From Octopus sinensis (lineage: Eukaryota), in contig NC_043005.1 of assembly GCF_006345805.1 (NCBI RefSeq), forward strand, positions 69,192,001 to 69,256,000: 64,000 nt of DNA, in the 5' to 3' direction. The notes under the pieces were generated by a model. It did no database searches, was not told the DNA's origin, and was given only the letters and a program-made list of their open reading frames with translations. Below, piece after piece: positions 53,224 to 64,000 of the stretch; positions within the stretch are counted from its first letter, which is position 1; each line of letters starts with the position of its first letter. The translations under genes were made by a program, and so were the position numbers.

Positions 53224-54760
53224 GTCAAAGTATATATGTATATATAAATTTAATCTTGAAATGAAGAAATTAGACAGAGATAAATGTAGGCATAACTTAT
53301 TTGTATGATATGGAGATGTTGAAATGTTTAAAAAAAATAGGAGCTGGAACTGAAACATATAAATAGGTTGTATTACATCTCCCATTTTCTTTTTGAGCTT
53401 TACAATTTATAACTTATTTGTATAGTTATTGTTTTAAAAAAAATTGATATCTTCATAACATACTAATAAATTATTCATATATACATGTGACTCCTTTCTT
53501 TTGAGATTAATAATATGTATTACTACAATAATCCCTGACATCGCAGAGACTTGTTGATTATATGATATTGATTGACCTGTAAAACTCTTTTGATTATAAT
53601 CCCTAAGGTGGATCTAACTTCTTCGAATTGACTATATATATACCATTCTTACCTATACAATTTATTGTAACGGAAACAAGTATAAGCACTAATATCAAGT
53701 TCTAACTATAAGCGAAGGATTTGTGTCTTAATAAATTATTGTGGCAACAAACATCTGCATCAATATATAAACCTACTTCTGAACATAGATATTTTTCATG
53801 ATCAACAGGGCTAGTATACGTTTGGGAAAATATCATAGTGAATGACCCTTGTTCTAACTATCCGCATTTAGTAATTATCATCCCACATACTCTTCAGTCT
53901 ATTTGTATTAGTATTTCTTCTTAAGAATGGTGTTATTGTTTTTGCTGCCAGGTCGTATCACTGTATAAATGCCTATTAATTTACTACCAATTTTCGTGCA
54001 ATGTAACAAAGCAGTGCAACGAAGCACTTGATTTCATTCTTATAACAAACAATCGTTGGCAACATATTATCGTTTCTATAAATCTTCGAATCGAAAGAAG
54101 GATAGCGGTGTATATCAAAGTATTTTACTGACGTATTGACTACGTAACTTTATACGAATTGCTATGCAGCTAATCAATGTCGATATGCGCAATATCCAAA
54201 AAAGTTTAAGCGGATATGTAATCAAGATTATATACCTTACTTTATGATTAACAATAAAAAGATGCGATCAGAATTTCACTTATTGCAAAGCTATTGACAT
54301 AATTGATTACATATAAGTTTCTTACATGTTTACTTCTGAAAATGGAATTTGAATTTTCGGTATGATACAAAATCGAGTGAAACTTGATTTGTTTTTCTCC
54401 TTATAATACTCAATGAAAGAATGTTTAAAGTTTAAAGAATAAAATTGCCAAGTCATAATGAACAGCATTAAATATATTATAAAATGAAAGCTTGCGTATA
54501 TTTTTCCTATTAAAACTGATATCGTCATATTCTATGCAGTTATATGATATATAATTGTTTCTGTTCGCTGAAAAATTCACGATAGATACAACAAACCTCT
54601 CACTATGGTCAACTAACCTGAGTATTTATAAAAACTTTTATTGTTTTAAATAGTAGTTTTTGATCAAATGCATAGTTCGTCTTCCTGAAAAGATTATGCG
54701 TTCATTCCCCACAGTTTAATAAAATAATCCCTTGCAGCTTAAGCATTTGCACAATAGTTA

Positions 54761-55010
54761 CACAGGGTGAAGCAATGGGGACAGACTTTTTTCAAATGTT
54801 TATTACTCAAGCCCAGTGGGAGGGACATATGTCCGACATGTACCATTCATCCCGTTGTGTGTGTGTTAGCATGTTTTTTTTTGTCTTCAGATGAAGCTAT
54901 GGCACTGTGGATGATAGAGCCTCGTCTGCCTGCCTACGACAGTTATGTAAAAAATAACGTGTCTGTCACAGTAGTTCTGCGTGAGTTTCGACGCCACTTC
55001 AACGTAAGAT
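54761..55010 (+). mobile_element. 5' end of a Tc1/mariner-superfamily element with N-terminal HTH (DUF4817-like) fragment
   Basis: TA|cacagggtg TIR-like start; MALWMIEPRLPAYDSYVKNNVSVTVVLREFRRHFNV. Confidence 0.7.
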
Positions 55011-56140
55011 ATTGATAAATCGGGTATAGCTGATCATGTATGGAAAAATGGAAACCACATCCCCCTGTGGGATGAAGTTAAAATAATAGACAGCTAACAT
55101 TAATGATTCTGTGGATTTTACAAATACATTCCGTCCTGTCTGCTCCTTCCTATATGCTATACAAAACTCAACGATTAACATGCAGTTCATGTGGAACCAA
55201 AATGTACTATCATACTTATGTTCAAATCTTTACAACCAAATCTTGCACATGAGCATTTAAAAGCAACTTATGCGTGTAGCATACTTATTTAAATTTCAAG
55301 TATTTATTTGAATGTTTAGAAGATTACGTATGTGTTCGAAATTTGTTCAAAGGAATTACACATAATTATAATTTTAAATGTTTATATTTGAGGTCATCCT
55401 AGTATTCATTTCAGAAATATACTAGGGTGTACAAGATAGTTCTGTTTATGAATCGTACATTGACGAGTGCAGTTTCGCTAAAATTTAAAGCATTTGAAAA
55501 ATCTTGTAATTGATCGGAATCATTACTCCATTAATTCCTTCTCCGGCGAAAACAATATTTTTTTTCAACAATTATGATTTCACAAAGCAAAAGAGAATTC
55601 AAGAAATTTGTTGGATGAGATTCACTAAGCCCGTCCTCAAGGAAAAATATTTTTTCTTTGAATCTAAATCAGAATCTATTATCAAATATCAGAGTATAGG
55701 TTATGGATTGACATACTTTTGGACGTACACATATCTTGAGGCATTTGTTCCAGTTTATTTCCTTTGTATTTCAAATTCCACCTAGTTTAATTTTGTCGTT
55801 TACCATTGTGGTCACAATTAAACAAAAGGACATGCAAGTATTTTTTCTTCACAGATTCAGAAATGTTTGCAAATTGCAGCTGTTCTTAGAGGAATTTAAT
55901 CTTTTAACATACACGTCATTAACAAATGCATCAGAGATTGTATATTGAGTTTTAATTTGGAGACATTTCTAATAAGAATAGTCTGCATGGCGAAAGTCAC
56001 CAATCTTTGGTAAGGATTCTCAAGGAGAGCAAGTTTAGACAAATTGAGTCATTTGACTAAGTTTAGTGTCATTGCTATGTGATATTTCTGGTCTTTTATT
56101 TTCGAGTGAATAACCTGGGTTTCTTTGCTTTGGAATTTCT

Positions 56141-56561
56141 TATTTTTTTATTGAGCACAAGGTCTAAACATAGAGGGGACAAACGAGGACAAAGGGATTA
56201 AGTCGATTACATTGACCCCTGTGCGTAAGTGGTACTTAACTTATCGACCCCAAAAGGATGAATGGCAAAGTCGACCTCGGCGGAATTGGAATTCAGAACG
56301 TAGCGGCAGACGAAATACCTATTTCTTTCCTACCCACTAGGGGCTAAACACAGAGAGGACAAACAAGGACAGAAAAGGGCGGACAAACGGATTAAGTCGA
56401 TTACATCAACCACAGTGCGTAACTGCAACTTAATTTATCGACCCCGAAAGGTTGAAAGGCAAAGTTGACCTCGGCGGAATTTGAACTCAGAACGTAACGG
56501 CAGACGAAATACCGCTAAGCATTTCGCCCGGCGTGCTAACGGTTCTGCCAGCTCGCCGCCT
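56141..56561 (-). mobile_element. SINE family B, dimeric, with 17-nt TSD
   Basis: Head ggcggcgagctggcagaaccgttagcacgccgggcgaaatgcttagc. TSD tttgcttt(g/c)gaatttct at 56124-56140 and 56566-56582. Confidence 0.92.
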
Positions 56562-57944
56562 TTGCTTTGCTTTCGAATTTCTGTCAACTGAATAACTAAG
56601 ATATTTGACACAACCTGTGAAATCTAGATTGTGGTTTTTATTTTTTCAAAATTATTTACCAAGAATTACATTTTTGAATGGGATACAACATATTGAACAT
56701 CTGATTATTGAAATACGTGTGAAGTATTACAAAAGATGCGCCAACGCTACCATTACTATCGACATTACCTGATATGATTCATTATAAACAATATGAAAAC
56801 TGATACTATTTTCACGTACAGTCATGAAATTCTTCCGTTTTAAGGAGACGTTTTGATTTGGAAATTAACTATTCTTCTCCATTGATTGGATGCTATTTCT
56901 CTCGGTATATATGTAATTATAGAAATACCTTCACGCCAGCTTTATTATAATGAATCATGTTTTTAGTGTTTCATTTCTATAGATTTCTTATATGACCAGG
57001 CTCAGTTCAATCATTGTTTCATTATATGAATATATTCAAACAATGTATACCATGTAAATGTATGCACTACTGTTTACAATTTTATCTAAAAGTCACGTGT
57101 ATGCAGTCTGTTCATTCAAATTCAAAATGTTCTCTAAACGCATTGAATAAACGATTCCACTAAGAACCAAATGTACGTAATTATAGAAGTATTGGACAAT
57201 AACTGCTAGCAATTTCACTGATATTTCTAACAAAGTAATGCTATGAAGGAACTAAAAAATAGGATTCTTTCAATGTAATAGAAAATAAGATAGTGTTGCA
57301 TGCGGGCAACTACCAAAGAAATTATGCACTGCTTGAAAAGAAAATTATGTGCATTATGATATACATTCGGACACCAACCGCAGGTTTTTGAATTTCAAAA
57401 TTTATAAACTGATGTATTCAAAAGAAGGAATCGAAGTGAAAATAACTGTGTTTTTATATTTACTTCGGGGAAGATATTACCAAAGCACCAGGTTCATATA
57501 TACAACATTACCGCATATACTTAGCATGTTTACATTCAAGTAGCTTTTAAGATGAAAAACAAAACAATGAAAATGGAATTTTACATGAACCGGTTTCTTC
57601 TAGAATGTATATATAGAATACAATTTATTTATTGTATATTTCAAGCTTTTTAGTAACACTGGCGCAATGCATTCACATACACATACACAGACACATACTA
57701 AATTTCAGAATTAACTATTGTAAATACTCACAGTTTACCGATAATAAAAAGAAATAATTTAAAGTTAGTAAGCAGGTGAAATTAAATGCTGTCTTCTGAA
57801 ATCTATTAGATTAAAAGTCATAATTTGTTTCCTGGCGCACTTGTATATCTCACATTTTCGGTACAAATGCAGGGTTTTATTTTTTCCCGTTTAAAAATAT
57901 TGCGCACGCACACGCACACACATGTTTTTTTCTTCACTATATGA

Positions 57945-58582
57945 AAGCCGCGTAACACCAGCTTTCGTCACCGTTGATGACCTTCAAAAAAAGGGCGGGA
58001 TCACCTTTTAGCTGCTCTTTTAGTTCACGACACAATTTCAGACAAGATTTCTTTTGATCGTGCGTGAGCAGGCGTTCGACAAAATTTTCTGCAACTCTTT
58101 TCATTCGCAATTCTTTGCTCAAAATTCTGTCAGGAGCTCCATGACACACTAGTCATATCAACAAGTTCTTCAATTGTTCGGTGAGGGTCGTCCCGTCATT
58201 TTTCGTGGTGCTTTCATTCGTGCGGGAGGGCGACGATCTCTTTCAACGAGTTTTATCCTCAAGTGACAAGTGGCCACTCCTAAACCCTGGGAACCGCTCG
58301 TAAACTTGTGTTGTGCAAATGATAGCGTCCTTGTAAGTTATTTAATGCATGACTACTATTTTGAGTCATCATTTTTCACAGCAGAAAACAGAATTCCACG
58401 GATATATGCTTTTCCTTCTTTTCAGACATCGCGAAAAAAAAAAAAACGAGGAACAGGGGAAAAGCACTGCAAAACAAAGACGCAACACGTGGCGCCTGTC
58501 GGCAGACTGATGCCTTAGAGTTGCATCAAGTGGCCACTAGCGGTGAAACCCTGAACTATAATTGGCTTCTCCGACAAAACGT
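57945..58582 (-). mobile_element. Mariner 5' half with transposase relic (ATG at 58429)
   Basis: MSEKKEKHISVEFCFLL, QVYERFPGFRSGHLSLED, KELRMKRVAENFVERLLTHDQK, KVINGDESWCY. Confidence 0.9.
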
Positions 58583-58611
58583 TATACATACATACATACA
58601 TACATATATAC

Positions 58612-58648
<37 letters not shown>

Positions 58649-61600
58649 TAAATGTCGAACGATATATGTGAGTGTATATATAAAAATATATATTTTACAA
58701 GCAAACACACACGTACGTTTCTACAGCATATATATATGTATGTATAAGCTCATGTATATATACATATATATATACACCCACGGCACGCATATATATACAT
58801 GCTAAAGATAGAGAGTGAGTGAGAGAATGAGAGAACATGCCTGAGTGACTGCGTGTATGTGTGTGTGTGTGTGTGCATGTTATCTCTTACTATTATCCAA
58901 GCCCTAGTAACCTTCCATAAAAAAAAGGTAATTCACATGCTTCAGCTAACAAGCAGTTCTTTAATTTTCAATTAGCGCAATATTGTTTTCCCTACTGCAA
59001 TCTGGACAAATTCGACGTACATTCATTTGCATTATTTTGAAACTGAGTCCTTTGTTGATATTCAATGTGTATTTAAACCTTTCCATTGTGTGCGGGAAAG
59101 TTCCAAGTGTTTATGAAAGAGGAATTTGTACCTTTTAATCAAGTGAATTTATTTAAAACACTGGCAGTATGCCAAATGCACCTTATTAGCGTATGGCACA
59201 AAACATTTATGTTTTCATAGTGAATCTTATGCTTACATTTCCCTACTCATATAAACAATATGATGTACATACATCTATAACATCTTTCTATGTGTAATAT
59301 ACAAATGCACGTATGTGAAATGGTTATGTGTTGTGCATTTGTATAAAGAAAGATGGGGCAACGAAACAGCGGCAGAATGCCTGAGAATCAGGTGTGTTAT
59401 GATTTATGTTTCTATCATACTCTCTCTTGAAAACCACTATGCGACGTTGTTGCGTTCTCCAATATGTTGAATACCATATCATTTGGAATTAATGCAATAA
59501 ATCTGCCTAATATTTTCCGAATTGCCTGACATTTAGATGTGTTGTTTGTAAACGTGTTTACTTATAGAGTATGTTGCCAGGGAGAGCTCTACTATTTTGC
59601 CTTAAGTTTTAGTATGGAAGTCATGTTGTTACCGTTGAGCGTTGTACAGAATATTTTGAAATTTAATACTTATGAAGATAGTACAAGAATGGTGGTCCCA
59701 AAACAGCTACGATTCAGAAGTAGAAATCTTCTTCCCAATAGTGTAATACAGTAATGTCTGTAACGTTAGATTCCAATATCCAAAGCGGGAAAAGTTCAAT
59801 GCTGATTATTGAATTCTTTTCTGTCCCAACCCTCGTGTTGTTCATAACAAAGAGAATACATTCCAAACAGTATCAGAGTAGCTTCGTTATATCGTAATGT
59901 GCTGTCCATTTTCGGTAGTGTTGGAGTGCATTACGGCGAAGGTTTTGATTATTGAATGAAAATCAAAATATTAACACAGACACACGCACAGACACAGACA
60001 CATGCACACACTCACTTTTCCGTCATTCTTACTCGTTCAGACAGACAGACATACACACACATATATACATGACAATGTGTGAGCGTATGCAAGAATACTA
60101 TAGTTAACAGCAGGCTGATGCAACATATATCATTTCGGACGTTATTACACTCGTAGCAAATCCACACAGTAGTTTAGCATAGCCATTTCCATAGAGAATA
60201 TATTATTTGTAAAGCAATCATTACAATATTACATTGAGAAGAATTATATAACTATGTGTATGTAGTATGTACGTGTGTGTCGCTGCATCTACACTCGTGT
60301 GTATGTGTGAATCTGTATGTGTGTGTGTGTATGTTTGTGTGGGTTCGTGTGTATATACTTGCATACAGACACACACAAACGTATTTTGTTTATAAGATGA
60401 TTGTGAAACTCTGAGAATGAATATGTGTAGTGTACACAAACACATACTTTCTTTACTGCATAAAATATTACAGGCCACTGCGTTTTATGTTTTAGTAGTA
60501 TCGCTTTAGGTATTATTATTGATGTTTTTAATCCATCAATTTTATGTCACACATTCCTTATATGATTCTTGTCGATAGATTTTCATCTCTATATTCGCAT
60601 TCCATTTTTCGTTCGATTAGTTTTCTTAAGATATTTTCTGCTTACTTTCTTTGAACATTTCAAATTACAGACATTATTATTTTGCTCAGAACTTATCCAT
60701 CAGGACTTAGACACCTCTCATTGATACATATACTAGATTTTATTTTGGTCTCATATATTTTGCAGCGTTTGAATTATGGATACTATACCAGTCTTCTATT
60801 TAATTATTTGCTATTTCTAACATTTCCATTGGGATTTATGTCATAGAAATATATTCCTTGAAACTTGTGTCTGTGCGGTATGTTGACGGAAAGATTATGT
60901 TTATTTCAAGTTAGCAGACATTTGTTGATGTAATTTCATTTAAAAATTTTGTTATAACAAATACATGAATGTCAATGCTGACAGATTCAATAGAATATTT
61001 ATCTGATACCTGAATGAAAAAGAAGTGTGAGCATATAACAGAAATAATTGGAGGAAGATGTACAAATATTGCAATAAACACGATTCATTGTTACGCGCAA
61101 CTCTACTTGGTCTGAAGTGTATATAAATATAGAATTTTAACAAAGTTGCATTGGAATTAAAAACAGACAATATAACATGGTACACACGCATAGAGAATCA
61201 ATATAATGCAAGTTTCCCTTAAAACAGGACATCCTTTGTTGTAGATTTATCTATAGAAGTTTAAAGAAAATATTGGAAAATACACGTATTAGATACACAA
61301 TAAAATGTAACACACTTATATAATCTTACATTATGAAAGAGAAGCTGATCTCGCTCTGCATTTCCATAACAACATTTACGTAGAGATGGGGAAGAATGGG
61401 AGGAATCAATAGCGGAGTTTACCCGTGTTACAACGCATATTTAGATAGAGCGAAATTTGTTTCTCTCTCTTTCTCCCTCACAGTGAAAACGGAGAAGAGG
61501 AAAAAGTGTGTTGTTGAGAGCGAATATATTGAGAGGGAAAAATAGAGACAGATTGCGTAAGAGAGAGAGAGAGAGAGAGAATGTGTGTCACATATAGGTA

Positions 61601-61707
61601 AGTAGTGTTGTCATCATAGTAATTAATATATTTAGATTAAAAATGCGGGAATTTAAGAGCAAGTCTCAACACAGGCAATATATACATCAAAATATAGCAA
61701 TATATTT

Positions 61708-61764
<57 letters not shown>

Positions 61765-61924
61765 CATATATGTAATATACTTAATTATCTTTCGGTTGCT
61801 AGTTTGTTTGATTATGTTTCTACATATCATTCAACATATAGTCCACGCAAAGCAGACTTTAAAAAAATGATTTTCGCGACAATGATAGTTTGTTGTTGTT
61901 TTTGTCTAGAGAGAAATATATATA

Positions 61925-61995
<71 letters not shown>

Positions 61996-62499
61996 AGAGA
62001 GAGAAAGAGAGAAAGTGTGAGGAAGAAAAAGAGGCAGAGAGACTGACAGATAAAGATCAAATTCGTTTCAAAATAAACAAACAGGTTGAGCATATGTGCT
62101 TTAATCGGCTGCGTAGCCACAACAAGCGACTAGCGAACCTATTCGTTAGAATTTTTTTTCTTTTTTTCTAAATCAAACCACCCATAGAAAATATGTTTTC
62201 CATAAAACTTACATGAATATGTCATGTATTAACGTGTTCGTAATATAAAGCATATTAACGTAAAAGTATCACTAGACATGGAATCAATATACGCAAAAGA
62301 TTTCAAAGTACACATATACCAGTATGGTTTGAACAGTTCATTGGCTGACTATGAAGGAATGACGCCAAACCTGTTAACAATTATATTAATTTCAAATTTA
62401 TTATTAATAACTGCATTTTCCCTAGATAAACTAATATATGGCTGTTCAAAGAAGACTTCAAAATCTATTAGTAGCGAATCTCTTGAAAATAGCCAACAT

Positions 62500-62790
62500 T
62501 TGGTATGGATATAATACCAAGTACCTGCAGAAAAAAAAAAGGCTTAATCCACAAAGAAAATTTAATGCCGACGTGGTTTGTACATTAGGGAATGACGCTT
62601 CAGGTTCATCAACATTGCAAAGTGAGTAACTGAATTTTGGAGGAGCTGGGAGGGGCTTGAAGAAGAGCCAATACCTGGACCTCCTGCGACTGCACCACCG
62701 GTGAAAACATTGATCGTCGTCACTGCATCGTAATCGATGACAGGCGATTGATTATAAATCAGATTTCAGATGCTATTAGCATAATTCACA
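62500..62790 (+). pseudogene. Mariner transposase N-terminal fragment (same family as 32306)
   Basis: KYLQKK, TLGNDASGSSTLQ, GLEEEPIPGPPATA, with frameshifts. Confidence 0.8.
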
Positions 62791-64000
62791 TGTCACAAGA
62801 AGGTACCCCGTTGTCAAATAAATATTAATGACATTTTTGCCGCAATTTGCATAATGAAATATTTGATTTTGTGCAGAAAGTAAAAACTGAGAGATCGAAA
62901 TATTGTGAATGCTGTGCTGTAGGGGATAAAATGCGTCTTGTGGGGCGTACGGAATTAAGCACATACGTGTTTATTGGTTTCTCTCTTGGTCTTGTAGCCA
63001 TATTAAAAATAAAATGAACGCTTCTCTACAACAACAAAGGGTGCATAATTGTGCAATTCTCTTCAAATAATTTAGGCGATATTGCTGATGTTATATCATA
63101 TTACAGATATTATTTGATTATCTCTTAATTCTACTAGTCTCAACTATTCCAGTTGATATTGATGCAACAAATATACCTGATATATTTTGTGGAACTAAAT
63201 TTCTGTAACTGATGGTGTGCGTTTTGGATTACTCTCAACTGAAACTAATATTTATCTAAATTTCTATTTTATTTTCCTTGATTTTAGATTACATTATAAA
63301 ACTTTATTACAATTTTCGAACACATCCCTTAAAAAATCACGATCCTAAAGTTGTGTAATACTTGTCTACATTAAATTATATTTCAATTTACTTTACGAAT
63401 AAGGAATATGTTGCAACTTTGAATCGCATTGAAAGTTGGTTTCATATTCTAAAGTTATTTACTTATTTCCATAAATCATTTCCAGAAGAAATGTTTTTCG
63501 TTAAAGACTATATCAAAAGCTTAATTGAGGGCAAAAAACATGCATTTTGCAACAAGCTACGCTATTGTTCGGCGACTGAGAGGTGAAATGAAACCAATAA
63601 ATCAATTGATCAATGAATAATATGTAAACAGCAAAAGTAATATACTGGGGGAATAGTGTGAGGCATTCCAGATATCGAATACACAGTCTTAAACTTAAAT
63701 TCTCGATACGAGTAAACGAGATTTTATGAAGAATTCACCATAATAAATCATAATAGTCTGTACATGTTCATACGGGAAATGAGTGTTATTCCATTATAAG
63801 CAATTTTATATCATTATAGTAAATGATAAAACGTAAAAAAAAAAATGTATCCATGAAATACTACAAGTTGAGTTTGCTAAAATGTTATATAAAAATGAAT
63901 ACTTCATTTGGAGAAGTAGGTCAATGTTTGGATATTACAACCTCCTCAAAAATTAACAATTATTGGACTCTAAGCGGTTTTATATGTGGGACAGAAATGA

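Noticed and set aside
58267-58553. Repeated palindrome caagtggccact as a binding-site pair
   Set aside because: One copy lies inside the mariner coding relic (RSGHLS) and the other in its 5' region; probably coincidental.
61484-61556. Strong acceptor and gtaaga donor flanking 73 nt
   Set aside because: All three frames contain stops, and the pyrimidine tract is a (TC)n microsatellite.

Overview
AT-rich (roughly one-third GC by eye), microsatellite-saturated eukaryotic DNA, very probably from an octopus. This is inferred from the tRNA-derived SINE families I recognise and from the density of (TA)n/(CA)n/(TATC)n tracts. I see no intact protein-coding gene, rRNA, functional tRNA or CRISPR array. 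Nearly all ORFs in the supplied track are microsatellite read-throughs. The window reads as intronic or intergenic DNA filled with mobile-element relics: about 15 SINE copies from 3-4 families; Tc1, mariner and DD37D-like transposase remnants; non-autonomous Helitrons; R4/Dong-type LINE pieces; a young RTE fragment; and Penelope-like elements (PLEs). Highlights: (1) an apparently intact type I hammerhead ribozyme at 2354-2400, repeated at 3255-3301 inside a ~900-bp tandem duplication that is either retrozyme-like or an assembly artefact; (2) several retroelement insertions with inverted or fold-back architecture (RTE at 34.8-35.7 kb, PLE at 47.7-49.1 kb, hairpins at 2.0, 2.9 and 30.3 kb); (3) weak candidate small exons on the + strand at 36.1-36.6 kb and 50.0-50.5 kb. 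Coordinates were counted by hand, and the boundaries of decayed elements are approximate.
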